Shown: positions 8,543-18,206 of the stretch, in pieces
How positions within the stretch are numbered: the stretch's first letter is position 1
How the letters are laid out: every line of letters begins with the position of its first letter
Translations under genes and position numbers: made by a program
Notes under the pieces: generated by a model
What the model was told of the DNA's origin: nothing
Seen by the model: the letters and a program-made list of their open reading frames with translations, nothing else
Databases searched by the model: none
Assembly (NCBI GenBank): GCA_964448835.1
Contig: CAYUXK010000004.1
Location: forward strand, 409 to 64,408
Direction of reading: 5' to 3'
DNA from: an uncultured Clostridium sp.
GTDB taxonomy: Bacteria > Bacillota > Clostridia > Oscillospirales > Acutalibacteraceae
Length of the DNA: 64,000 nt

Positions 8543-10840
8543 TCAAAGATGCTCGATAACCGCGGCAATCACGGTCATATCATCATACCGGTTGCCGCAC
8601 TTTGCTTTTGCTTTGTCAAGGATTTTATGGGCAAGGGCGGTGGCGTCCTCGCCGGCGAAGGCGTTAAGCTCATCGAGAACCCATTCGTTGCCGCAGCCCA
8701 GAATTCCGTCGCTCACCATCAGCAAAGTGTCGCCGCCGCGAAGGGTGAGGCTTGTTTTGGCAAACCTTGAGTTTGGCAGAATACCAAGCGGAGGCGAAGA
8801 AATCTGTAGAGTGCGCACCTTACCGATGCACTTGCAAAAGCTTGCCGCGGCACCCGCTTTATAAATTGTTGTTTCGCCTGTGAAAAGGTTAATCTCCGCG
8901 ATGTCAAGGGTTGAAAGCGACTCGTCGCCCGATTTGACTGTGAGCGCGCAGGCGGTCATATCAAGAGCGGTTTGCATTGAAATACCCGCGCGAAGAAGAC
9001 GCGAATAAAGCTCAACGGTCATCGCCGAATCCACAGCCGCCCTGCCGCCCGTACCCATTCCGTCGCTGAGCAGGATATAAGCGTTTGTCTCGCCGCGGAA
9101 AAACTCGTAATAATCACCGCAAAGCCTCTCGCCGCCGCAGGCGCTGCCCGCCGCGCCGAGCCTTACGGCAAAGCGTTCCTTGCCCGCGAAAGAAAGCAGC
9201 GCGCCCTCCTGAGCCTCGCTGAGCTCGGGCGGTGAAAGCTCGACGGCAAGCTCTGACGAAAGCTGCCTTGTCAAGCGTGAAAGGCTTACCCCGGGCATAA
9301 CGGATTTTACCTGCGCCTCAAGCTGCAAAGCTCCGTTCGGCGGTATCGCGCAGCGCAAGTTATCGACTGAAAGACCGTTTTCGCGTAAAACGCGAAGAGC
9401 GGTTTTTTCTTTTTCAAAAAGTATCTGCGACTCGCCGCGCAGTGACGCAGAAAGCTCGCCCAGGAGCGCCGCGGCGCTGTCAAACTGGCAGCAGGAAAGC
9501 TCGCGGCTGCGGGCGTTTGCCGCCTCAAGGGCGGAGCTTGTCGCTCGGGAGCGAAAAACCTTGTTAAAGGAATCGCCTACCTGCAAATAGCTCGGGCATT
9601 TCGCCTTGAATTCCTGCGGAAAGTCATCGGCCTCGATTTCTCCGCCGCCCCGCAGTTTCTCTGTAAAGGAGGCGAATTCTCCGCTTTCGGGGCAGCCGCC
9701 CTCTTTAAGCGGACAATCGGCGCAAACGCGCTCGTAAACACGAAGGCGGATTATGCTGTCGTGCGCCGGCGAAAGAGCCTCAATTCCGCGCGAAACGGTG
9801 CGAATACATTCGGCAACCGAGCCGACGGCGGCAGAGGCCTCCATGAGTCTGTCGGGCGCGGTTTCAAGCCCGCTCTGAATTCGCAGGGCCGCGGGGCGGG
9901 TTAAATGTGACTTGACGGTTTCAAGCTTGGATGTGGGAATCAGCATAAAAATTACCGAGGCCACCGCGCTCTCCGCAAGCACCGCAACCCCCTGTGAGGA
10001 GCCGTCGATTACAGCCGCCAGCGCCGCCGTTACCGAGAAAGCCGCGGCTGCCGCGAGCCTTCCGTAGGCAGAGAAAATGCCGCTTGTAAGACCGCATACG
10101 GCGTAGCAAACGCTCAAAACATTAGCCGTGCCTGTAGCGGCAAAGCATGTCCCGACGCAAACGCCGGCTATGCTGCCGCCCGGCTCCGCAAAAAGATAGG
10201 CCGCGGCAAGGAGCGTGAGCGAGCCTGCAATTCTTGCGGGGTGAATGCCGTAAATGCTGACATCCGAAACGCTTAAAAGCAGCGAGCAAACCGCGATTAT
10301 CAGGCTGACAAGGCTGCGCTTGTCAAGCAGGGCAAGACCCTCTCGCCTTTCAATGCCGTAGAGCGCGCCCATATAAAGAAGAACCGCGCCGCCGCCCAGA
10401 AGCGAATCACAAACGCATTGCAGGAATCCGCTCGCTGTTGGTACGCCTGCAAACAGCACTGTAATCCCGGTAACAATGCAAACGGAAAAAACGGTTAACG
10501 GCATAATCAGCCGCCTTTTTTCCGGAAGACCGATTTTCTCAAGCAAAAACGCCGCCGCGCCCGAGGCGATGCACACGGCGATATAGCGAATAAGTCCGGC
10601 GCCCGAAAGACGCAAAAAACCGCCCGCTATGGCGCCCGCGCAGGTATAAAAAATCGCCGTGCCGCGCGAGGCTGCCGTGAGTGAGGCGGAGAGCGGTATG
10701 TAAACGCCGAATAGCCGCGCGCCCGCGAGCAAAAAGCCGCTTGCGGCGTACCCTGCCGCGACAAGGGCCTTTTTGCCTGTTTCCCAGACGAGGTCAAGCT
10801 CATCCTCGTCACGGGCAACGCCGATTTTAGTTATCTCCAT
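8543..10840 (-). CDS. spoIIE: Stage II sporulation protein E (membrane PP2C phosphatase)
   Basis: About 10 TM segments, central Cys-containing region, C-terminal CGD, LSDGMG, TLD, MVSDG and DDMTV motifs. Confidence 0.88.
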   Translation of the reverse strand: MEITKIGVARDEDELDLVWETGKKALVAAGYAASGFLLAGARLFGVYIPLSASLTAASRGTAIFYTCAGAIAGGFLRLSGAGLIRYIAVCIASGAAAFLLEKIGLPEKRRLIMPLTVFSVCIVTGITVLFAGVPTASGFLQCVCDSLLGGGAVLLYMGALYGIERREGLALLDKRSLVSLIIAVCSLLLSVSDVSIYGIHPARIAGSLTLLAAAYLFAEPGGSIAGVCVGTCFAATGTANVLSVCYAVCGLTSGIFSAYGRLAAAAAFSVTAALAAVIDGSSQGVAVLAESAVASVIFMLIPTSKLETVKSHLTRPAALRIQSGLETAPDRLMEASAAVGSVAECIRTVSRGIEALSPAHDSIIRLRVYERVCADCPLKEGGCPESGEFASFTEKLRGGGEIEADDFPQEFKAKCPSYLQVGDSFNKVFRSRATSSALEAANARSRELSCCQFDSAAALLGELSASLRGESQILFEKEKTALRVLRENGLSVDNLRCAIPPNGALQLEAQVKSVMPGVSLSRLTRQLSSELAVELSPPELSEAQEGALLSFAGKERFAVRLGAAGSACGGERLCGDYYEFFRGETNAYILLSDGMGTGGRAAVDSAMTVELYSRLLRAGISMQTALDMTACALTVKSGDESLSTLDIAEINLFTGETTIYKAGAAASFCKCIGKVRTLQISSPPLGILPNSRFAKTSLTLRGGDTLLMVSDGILGCGNEWVLDELNAFAGEDATALAHKILDKAKAKCGNRYDDMTVIAAVIEHL

Positions 10841-10877
10841 TTTTAACAGTCCTTTCAATTATGCAATATACGGATTT

Positions 10878-10911
10878 ATTTTACATTATTGCACTAAAAT
10901 AATTTGTCAAA
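10878..10911 (-). promoter_or_regulatory. Putative Spo0A-dependent spoIIE promoter
   Basis: Minus strand TTGACA (10905-10910, inside a 0A-box-like TGTCAAA) lies 21 bp from TAAAAT (10878-10883). Confidence 0.45.
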
Positions 10912-11007
10912 GCACATAGGGCGAAAAAGCAAAGCTTATTATTTTTTTTGTAAATCTGCGTATTATACTGTTGTTTTTTTAATTTTTATGATATAATATT
11001 TAATATT

Positions 11008-11793
11008 ATGGGTAGATATGTTCGAAAAAAGAAGACCAAGGAGGTCGCTGTTACGGATACTCAAATCGAAGAAGGGCTTATAATCGGCAGGAACGCTGTT
11101 GCCGAGGCCTTAAAGAGCGGCAGAGAAATCGACTGCCTGCTCGTTGCCAAGGGCGAAAGAAGCGGCTCAATCGGTCAGATAATCAGCAGGTGCCGCGACA
11201 ACGGCATTGTGGTCAAAGAGGTTGATTCCCGTAAGCTTGACAGCCTTTGCGGCGGAGAAAATCATCAGGGTGTCGCCGCGAGAGCCGCGGCGCATGAATA
11301 TTCGGACATAGCGACGATTTTAGCGGCGGCTGAAGAAAAGGGCGAGGCGCCGTTCATTGTAGTTTGCGACAGCCTTGAGGATCCTCACAATCTCGGCGCG
11401 ATTATCCGGACCGCCGACGCGTGCGGAGCGCACGGAATCGTTATCCCAAAGCGCCACGGAGTCGCGCTGACATACGCGGTCGGCAAGGTTTCGGCGGGCG
11501 CTGTTGAATATGTTCCGGTCGCGAGGGTTTCCAATCTCGCCTCTGCCATTGACGAGCTTAAAGAAAAAGGTCTTTGGGTTTACGGCGCGGATATGCAGGG
11601 CGAGGATTTCGGCAAGGTTGATTTTTCGGGCGCGGTCGCGCTTGTGGTCGGCTCTGAGGGCAAGGGTATCAGCCGACTGATAAGAGAGAAATGCGATTTT
11701 CTCGTTTCGCTCCCGATGAAAGGCAAAATTAATTCCCTTAACGCCTCCGTGGCGGCGGGGATTCTGATGTATGAGGTTGCAAGGCACAGGTAA
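11008..11793 (+). CDS. rlmB: 23S rRNA (guanosine-2251-2'-O)-methyltransferase
   Basis: IIGRNAV, NHQGV, DPHNLGAIIR, GSEGKG and SLNASVA SPOUT motifs. Confidence 0.93.
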   Translation: MGRYVRKKKTKEVAVTDTQIEEGLIIGRNAVAEALKSGREIDCLLVAKGERSGSIGQIISRCRDNGIVVKEVDSRKLDSLCGGENHQGVAARAAAHEYSDIATILAAAEEKGEAPFIVVCDSLEDPHNLGAIIRTADACGAHGIVIPKRHGVALTYAVGKVSAGAVEYVPVARVSNLASAIDELKEKGLWVYGADMQGEDFGKVDFSGAVALVVGSEGKGISRLIREKCDFLVSLPMKGKINSLNASVAAGILMYEVARHR

Positions 11794-11808
11794 CCAAAGT
11801 TTTGTGAG

Positions 11809-14736
11809 GTGAGAGTTTTGAGCGGGTTCGATAATTCTGCCGTCAGCAGCGCGACACTCGACGCTATTCTTGATGAGATAAAATCAAAAAAGACCGAGAA
11901 GACCTCCGCCGGGCCGTCAGGCGCGGCGAGGACCTGGTCTATGGACGATATTGACCGCCTGATTGCCGACACCGGCAAAGACAAGGCGGCAAAGCCGTTA
12001 TACAATCCGCCAAAGCCCATGGCCGAGCCCCCCGCGCCGCCAAGAGCTTTTGAACCCTCTCCTGTTGCGCAGGAAAGCGGACTTTCAAGGTTCCTGAGCA
12101 GCGAGTTTGACAGTAGCATTTTCACCGTTGAAGCCCCCGCCCCCGAGCTGCCGAGGCCGCTGCCCGATGTTTTTTCGGATTCCCGTCAGCTGCTCCCCGA
12201 GGTTGAAGGGCAGGAAACCTTCTTTGAGCCGATTGTGAGCGAGCCCGAGGTCTTTGAAATTGAAACAGTCGTTGTTCCCGACGAGGCTCCGCCCGTTCCG
12301 GCAGAGCAAAAGTATATTTTTGACAAAACCGCGCCCGCCGCTCCTCCCGAGAAACCGCGCCCGATTATCAACGAGTTCCCGGAGGACGAGTCAAGCGCGT
12401 TAGAATTTTTCCGCACAAAATCAGGAGCGGAGCGAAAGCCCGCGGCGGTTTCAGCCGACGGAACAAGCGAATTCAGAGCAAGATTTTTCAACAAACTGCG
12501 CCTTGAAAGAACCGCTGAGGTTGACGATTCACTGGAGGGTCCCGTTGACAAATCCGGCATAATTGTTGAAAGAAAGCCGTCAGAAGACGCTCAGCCCGGT
12601 GACCTTCAGCCCCTGCCTAAAATTGTCGCGGCTGAGGATATGCTTCAGGGCGGCGGCGATTATGACGGCAAGACGATAATTGTCGGCACCGAGAAGGAAC
12701 CCGTTCTCAAGCCTAAAAAAGAGGATGACAAGGTTGACGGGCAGATAGTGCTTACAGGCTTTGACGAGCCTCACCAAGAGGCGGAGCCCGTGACCGCCGA
12801 CGAGGTTGATATAGAGCAGGCTCTTTGGGAAAAACGAAGACAAAAGGCAAAGAGCTTTAAAATAGTTGACGCTCCCCCGATTGAGAACCTTGACGAGCCC
12901 GAGCATACATACGAGGCCGAGGAGCAGGAACAAAAGGAGCGCAAAAAAGAGAACCGCAGACATCTGGAGGATGAGAATCCCCCCGATGACTCCCCCGCGG
13001 GCGAATACACAATGAGCGCCGAGAGAATCGCCGTTCACAGCCGCCTTAACAGGGCCGTTAAAAAAGCCTCCGCAGCGCTTATAGTCAACCTGATTGGTGA
13101 AGTTCTGTTTTTGCTGATGTTTTTCCTGCCGCGGATAGTCGAGGCGCTTTCATATAAGAGCGTTGTTTTCGCCGATGGCTCGTTATTTATGCTTTCGGCA
13201 AACGCGGCGCTTCTCATAATCCTGACGGTAATCAATAACGAGAGCTTTATCGACGGATTCACTAAGCTGATAAATAAAAAACCCGACGCCGATTCCGCCG
13301 CGAGCCTGTGCGTGGCTGTGGCTTTGGTACAGACCGTGATTTGCGCCGTTGCCGGCAACGGCGCGTCAAGCGCTCCGATTTTTACCGCTTCTGCGGCGTT
13401 CGCGATGGTGATTGCCACACTTACGCGCAAAACCGTCGCGGCTCGCATACTCGAAAATTTCGAGGTTTGCGCTTATAAAAAGGAACACAGCCTTTACGCA
13501 ATCCACCGCTTCGATAACGAGGCGGAGATATTTGAGCTGGGCAGAGGTCTTTTGATGGGCAACGCCGAGCTGCTCTACTCCTCCAAGGTCGGCTTCCCCT
13601 CGGATTTTCTCAAGAACTCCGACAGCTGCTCCGTGCAGGAAAAAACAGCGAAAATCCTCATTCCCGCGGCTGCTGCCGGCGCTGCCGTTTCGGCGGTGCT
13701 TACGGGGGTTTTCACAAAGGATGTTTACCTTGCCCTCGCCGCGTTCGCGGGAACATTTTGCATCTGCTCGCCTGTGCTCTCGGCGCTTTGCCCCGAATGG
13801 ATTACAAGAAGGTCAAACATTACTCTTAACGCCGCAGGCTCGATGATTGTCAGCATTGACGCGGCAGAAAAAACCGTTCAGGCAAACGCCGTAGTTATTG
13901 ACAGCGCCGATATTTTTGATCGTTCGAACTGCGCCATGCACGGAATGAAGGATTTCAAAAACATCAGAATTGACGATGTTCTTCTTTACGCGGCGGCGCT
14001 TGTTATTAAGTCGGGCGGTCCGCTTCGCGAAAGCTTTGAGCAGGTTGTCAGCAACAGGCAGGATTTGCTGCCGCCCGTCAAGGAGCTTGTTTATGAGGAT
14101 AAGCTCGGCATCGCGGCAAGAATTCACGGGCAAAAGGTTTTGCTCGGCAACCGCAGCCTTCTCACCAATCACAACATTGAGGTTCCCGATAAATCGGTTG
14201 AGGATAAATATACCCACAGTGGGCGCAAGGTAATGTACCTTGCCGTCGCGGGTAAGCTCGCGGCGCTGTTTGTTGTGAGCTACGCCGTTGACGAATCGCT
14301 TCGCCCCTACCTTAAAGAGCTTGAAAGCAACGGCACTCAGGTGCTTGTGCGCACAAACGACGTCAATGTGACCGAGGAGCTTATTTCTCACGCGTTTGAT
14401 ATGCCCAAGCAAAGCATCCACATTCTTTCATCTGTCGCGGGCAGACTATTTAAGCGCCGGCGTGACGCGGTTACGGACCGTTTGCCTGTTCGCGTAATGC
14501 ACGACGGCACGGCGTATTCAATGCTGCGCACAGTTGCGGCGGCAGGCAGAATGAACGCCGCGTCGCGGTTAGGCTCAGCGGCTCAGATAGCGGCGGCTGC
14601 AATCGGATTTGCGGGCATGGCTGTGCTTGGGGGATTAGGATTATCCGAATATTTTAACGGTTTTACGGCGGTGCTTTTCAGCGTCGCGGCAACGGCGGCG
14701 GTACTCGGGGTTACTTCAATTAAGCGCATAAAATAA
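11809..14736 (+). CDS. Degenerate P1B-type ATPase-like membrane protein with long acidic/Pro-rich N-terminus
   Basis: C-terminal half tracks P1B N and P domains (LGIAARIHGQKVLLGN, GRKVMYLAVAGKLAALF, VLVRTND), but DKTGT is replaced by DSADI; start could be TTG 11818. Confidence 0.65.
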   Translation: MRVLSGFDNSAVSSATLDAILDEIKSKKTEKTSAGPSGAARTWSMDDIDRLIADTGKDKAAKPLYNPPKPMAEPPAPPRAFEPSPVAQESGLSRFLSSEFDSSIFTVEAPAPELPRPLPDVFSDSRQLLPEVEGQETFFEPIVSEPEVFEIETVVVPDEAPPVPAEQKYIFDKTAPAAPPEKPRPIINEFPEDESSALEFFRTKSGAERKPAAVSADGTSEFRARFFNKLRLERTAEVDDSLEGPVDKSGIIVERKPSEDAQPGDLQPLPKIVAAEDMLQGGGDYDGKTIIVGTEKEPVLKPKKEDDKVDGQIVLTGFDEPHQEAEPVTADEVDIEQALWEKRRQKAKSFKIVDAPPIENLDEPEHTYEAEEQEQKERKKENRRHLEDENPPDDSPAGEYTMSAERIAVHSRLNRAVKKASAALIVNLIGEVLFLLMFFLPRIVEALSYKSVVFADGSLFMLSANAALLIILTVINNESFIDGFTKLINKKPDADSAASLCVAVALVQTVICAVAGNGASSAPIFTASAAFAMVIATLTRKTVAARILENFEVCAYKKEHSLYAIHRFDNEAEIFELGRGLLMGNAELLYSSKVGFPSDFLKNSDSCSVQEKTAKILIPAAAAGAAVSAVLTGVFTKDVYLALAAFAGTFCICSPVLSALCPEWITRRSNITLNAAGSMIVSIDAAEKTVQANAVVIDSADIFDRSNCAMHGMKDFKNIRIDDVLLYAAALVIKSGGPLRESFEQVVSNRQDLLPPVKELVYEDKLGIAARIHGQKVLLGNRSLLTNHNIEVPDKSVEDKYTHSGRKVMYLAVAGKLAALFVVSYAVDESLRPYLKELESNGTQVLVRTNDVNVTEELISHAFDMPKQSIHILSSVAGRLFKRRRDAVTDRLPVRVMHDGTAYSMLRTVAAAGRMNAASRLGSAAQIAAAAIGFAGMAVLGGLGLSEYFNGFTAVLFSVAATAAVLGVTSIKRIK

Positions 14737-14752
14737 AAATTTCAAAAAACAC

Positions 14753-14781
14753 TTGACTTTTTGCCGTATATGGCATAGAAT
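14753..14781 (+). promoter_or_regulatory. sigma-A promoter of infC operon
   Basis: TTGACT (14753-14758), 17 bp, TAGAAT (14776-14781). Confidence 0.75.
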
Positions 14782-14789
14782 AACTGCAC

Positions 14790-14930
14790 AACAAAGCAGA
14801 GTGGCGGCTCTCACCGCGGGGTTTCGTCCCATCGTCGGTCAATAGCTTATTCAACGGGCAAGCGCTCGGATAAGTGTTTTGATTATTTCGGCGAGGGCAG
14901 AGATCACTGCCCTCGCTTTAAATTTTACTT
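14790..14930 (+). ncRNA. Ribosomal protein L20 leader (autoregulatory element)
   Basis: AAGCAGAGTGGCGGCTCTCACC resembles the L20 leader 5' motif; hairpin GCGAGGGCAG/CTGCCCTCGC plus T tract at 14891-14919; directly upstream of infC-rpmI-rplT. Confidence 0.7.
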
Positions 14931-14947
14931 ATGGGAGGTGCTTTAAC

Positions 14948-15472
14948 ATCAGCACTAACAGCAAAGAAGCTCAAATTAATGAGGAAATCCGTGATAAGGA
15001 GATCAGAGTCATCGGCGACGATGGCGAGCAGCTCGGAATAATGTCTGCCGCTCAGGCGCTTTCGATTGCGGAGAGCAAAAATCTTGATTTAGTCAAGATT
15101 GCTCCTATGGCGCAACCGCCTGTGTGCAAAATTATGGATTACGGAAAGTTCCGCTTTGAGAAATCAAAGCGTGAAAAGGAAGCCAAAAAAAATCAAAAGA
15201 TTGTTGAAATTAAAGAAATCAGGCTTTCCCTCAATATTGACACCCACGATTTTGACACCAAAATCAACCACGCCCGCAAGTTCCTGGAGTCGGGCGACAA
15301 GGTTAAGGTCTCAATTCGCTTCAGAGGGCGCGAGATGGCTCACCCCCAGCTCGGGCATGTTATAATGGAGCGTTGCGCAGAGGCCTGCGCCCAGTATGCC
15401 ACGGTTGAGAAGGCGGCAAAGCTTGAGGGGCGTCAGATGCTGATGTTCCTGGCTCCCAAGGCAACAAAGTAA
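14948..15472 (+). CDS. infC: Translation initiation factor IF-3
   Basis: [30 protein letters not shown]; likely ATC start 7 nt after GGAGGTG. Confidence 0.96.
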   Translation: MSTNSKEAQINEEIRDKEIRVIGDDGEQLGIMSAAQALSIAESKNLDLVKIAPMAQPPVCKIMDYGKFRFEKSKREKEAKKNQKIVEIKEIRLSLNIDTHDFDTKINHARKFLESGDKVKVSIRFRGREMAHPQLGHVIMERCAEACAQYATVEKAAKLEGRQMLMFLAPKATK

Positions 15473-15510
15473 CGGCTGACACAGCCAACATTATTAAGGA
15501 GGAAACACCA

Positions 15511-15708
15511 ATGCCCAAGATTAAAACGCACAGCGGCGCAAAAAAGCGCTTCAAGATTTCAAAAGGCGGCAAGCCTATCCGCTCCCATGCGAACAAGTCC
15601 CACATTCTGACAAAGAAGAACACAAAGCGCAAGAGAAATCTGCGTAAGACTTCCGTTGCCGACACAACAAACTGCAAGCAGATTAAGCGTCTTGTTCCTT
15701 ATAAATAA
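15511..15708 (+). CDS. rpmI: 50S ribosomal protein L35
   Basis: [14 protein letters not shown]. Confidence 0.97.
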   Translation: MPKIKTHSGAKKRFKISKGGKPIRSHANKSHILTKKNTKRKRNLRKTSVADTTNCKQIKRLVPYK

Positions 15709-15766
15709 TTAACAAACAGGTTGTTGATTGTTTAACAACTTTTTCAAAATTTGGAGGTAAACTATA

Positions 15767-16123
15767 ATGGCTCGTATTAAAGGCGCGACAATGACTCGCA
15801 AAAGAAGAAACAAAGTATTAAAGCTTGCCAAGGGCTACTATGGCTCAAAGAGCAGTCTTTTTAAAACCGCAAAGCAGGCCGTAATGAAGAGCGGCCAGTA
15901 TGCATACATCGGCAGAAAGCACAAAAAGCGCGATTTCCGTCGCCTTTGGATTACCCGCATCTCCGCGGGCTGCAAGCTCAACGGTATGAATTATTCCACA
16001 TTCATTAACGGCCTCAAGAAGGCGGAGATTAACCTTAACCGCAAGATGCTTGCCGAGATTGCCGTTTCCGACCCTGCTGCTTTTACGGAACTGACAGACA
16101 AGGCTAAGGCGGCGCTCAACTAA
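15767..16123 (+). CDS. rplT: 50S ribosomal protein L20
   Basis: MARIKG...LAKGYYG...FRRLWITRI...NRKMLAEIA. Confidence 0.97.
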   Translation: MARIKGATMTRKRRNKVLKLAKGYYGSKSSLFKTAKQAVMKSGQYAYIGRKHKKRDFRRLWITRISAGCKLNGMNYSTFINGLKKAEINLNRKMLAEIAVSDPAAFTELTDKAKAALN

Positions 16124-16209
16124 ATTATGCAAAGCTTGAGATGTAACAAATATTTACTTTGTTACATCTCTATTCTATAGTTGATATTCGCGCCGAAAGG
16201 AAGGGCAGA

Positions 16210-16995
16210 ATGCTTAAAATCGAGAGCCGTTCCAACGAAAGAATCAAATACGCCGTCTCCCTTCGCGAGAGCGCTAAGAATCGCGCGCAGAGCGGCGAGT
16301 TTTTAATTGAGGGGGCGCGCCTGTGCCGCGACGCGGCGCAGAGCGGTCTTGAGATCAGGTGTGCCTTTTTTACGGCAGAGGCCCTTGAAAGATACGGCGA
16401 GTATATTAATGTAATAAAAACTGCGGCGCGTGAATGCTATGAGCTGGCGGAGCATATTTCGGCCAAGCTGTCCGAAACCGCGGGCAGTCAGGGCGTTTTT
16501 TGCATATGCGCCGTACCCGCGCAAAAATCTGACGGCGACATTGAAGCGAGCGGAAAATATCTCGCTCTCGAGAACATACAGGATCCTTCGAATTTCGGCG
16601 CAATCTGCCGCACGGCTGAGGCGCTCGGGCTGACAGGGCTGATTGTATGCGGCGGCTGTGATATCTATAACCCGAAGGCGCTTCGCGCCGCGATGGGCTC
16701 TTCGTTTCGCGTTAATATTATTATGTGCGGAAACCTGCCGCAGCTGATTAAAACAGCAGCCGCCAAGGGCATGAACACCCTCGCCTCAACCCCCGATTCG
16801 GGCGCGGCGGATATTCGCGCGGTCGATTTTAACGGCGGAGTTATCGCTGTTGTGGGTAACGAGGGCGCGGGCGTGAGCGATGAAACCCTTCGCGAGTGCA
16901 AGCAGACCGTAACAATACCCATGCATGGCAAGGCGGAGTCCTTAAACGCGGCGGCCGCGGCGGCAATTATCGCGTGGGAAATGATGAGGGCATAA
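16210..16995 (+). CDS. TrmH/SpoU family RNA methyltransferase
   Basis: FLIEG, IQDPSNFGAICRTA, GNEGAG, ESLNAA. Confidence 0.9.
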   Translation: MLKIESRSNERIKYAVSLRESAKNRAQSGEFLIEGARLCRDAAQSGLEIRCAFFTAEALERYGEYINVIKTAARECYELAEHISAKLSETAGSQGVFCICAVPAQKSDGDIEASGKYLALENIQDPSNFGAICRTAEALGLTGLIVCGGCDIYNPKALRAAMGSSFRVNIIMCGNLPQLIKTAAAKGMNTLASTPDSGAADIRAVDFNGGVIAVVGNEGAGVSDETLRECKQTVTIPMHGKAESLNAAAAAAIIAWEMMRA

Positions 16996-16999
16996 GAAT

Positions 17000-18151
17000 A
17001 TGGAGAAACGCGCATATTGGATATGGCTTTCCGCGGTGCTGGGCGCGGGCGCGAGAACTGATGAAATCCTCGCCCATTACCCCGACCCCGAGGCGCTTTA
17101 TGAGGCCGGCGAACGCGAGTGGCGCACGAGCGGCGTGTTCACTCAAAGGCAGTTAAAAAACCTTACTGAGCTTAACCCCCTGCGCGCGCGGCACAATATT
17201 GAAATATGCCAAAAAAACGGCTGGGGCTTTGTAACCCCGTCAGATAAAGAATATCCTCAGCTTTTGCTGCGTATAAGCAGCAGCCCCCTGGTGCTGTATG
17301 TTCAGGGCGACATTTCGTACATTAACGACAGCGTCACCGTCGGCGTGGTCGGCACGCGAAAGCCCTCAAATAACAGCATTGCCCTTACGCGCACTATTTG
17401 TGCAGATGCGGCAAGGGCCCGCGCGGTTATTGTGAGCGGAGGGGCGCTCGGAATCGACAGCGCCGCTCATGAGGGAGCAATGCTCGGCGGCGGCAAAACC
17501 GTAGCAGTTCTCGGCTGTGGGCTTGGCGAGAGGTACCTTGCCGCGAACGAGGCGCTGCGAAACGAAATAAGCAAAAACGGAGCGGTTATTTCAGAGTATT
17601 CGCCGTTTTCGCCGGTAACAAAAAGCAGCTTCCCGTTAAGAAACCGGATAATTTCGGGTATGTGCTACGGAACTCTTATAATTGAGGCAGGCGAAAAAAG
17701 CGGCTCGCTGATTACGGCGGGTTATGCCGCGGAGCAAAACAGAGATGTTTTTGCCGTTCCGGGCGAGGTGCTCAGCGGCGCGTATAACGGCGCTAACAAG
17801 CTTATTCGCGACGGCGCGAAGCCTGTTTCCTGCGCTTCGGAGCTGCTTGAGGGCTACGCTCTTCTTTACCCCGAAAAGCTTGACATGAAGAAGCTTTCAA
17901 TTGAGCAGACAAGGATAAAAGCTTCGCCAAAAAAAGAAAATCCTAAAGTAAGCCCTGCGGCCAATGTACCGCTTGCTCTCTCGGAAAACGCCAAAAAGCT
18001 TTACTCGGTTCTCGGCGCTCAGCCGCAGCACAGCGACGAGCTGGCGGCGCAAACGGGCTTCGCGGCGGGCGATGTAATTGCCGCGCTCACCGAGCTTGAG
18101 ATGGAGGGCTTAATTGAGCAGGTCACAGGCAGACAATACAGACTGATATAA
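17000..18151 (+). CDS. dprA: DNA-processing protein DprA
   Basis: VGVVGTR, VSGGALGID, FPLRNRIISG, SGSLITA; C-terminal winged helix; precedes topA. Confidence 0.95.
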   Translation: MEKRAYWIWLSAVLGAGARTDEILAHYPDPEALYEAGEREWRTSGVFTQRQLKNLTELNPLRARHNIEICQKNGWGFVTPSDKEYPQLLLRISSSPLVLYVQGDISYINDSVTVGVVGTRKPSNNSIALTRTICADAARARAVIVSGGALGIDSAAHEGAMLGGGKTVAVLGCGLGERYLAANEALRNEISKNGAVISEYSPFSPVTKSSFPLRNRIISGMCYGTLIIEAGEKSGSLITAGYAAEQNRDVFAVPGEVLSGAYNGANKLIRDGAKPVSCASELLEGYALLYPEKLDMKKLSIEQTRIKASPKKENPKVSPAANVPLALSENAKKLYSVLGAQPQHSDELAAQTGFAAGDVIAALTELEMEGLIEQVTGRQYRLI

Positions 18152-18206
18152 ATTTTATATACTACATTTCAGCGGATGTCCAAATTAAGACAGGAGATTA
18201 CTCAAT

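Noticed and set aside
13813-14421. 202-aa antisense ORF
   Set aside because: Shadow of the ATPase-like gene; no RBS or recognisable motifs
11809-14736. Functional heavy-metal-exporting ATPase
   Set aside because: The DKTGT, TGE, CPC and GDGxND motifs are all degenerate; reported as a pseudo-enzyme instead
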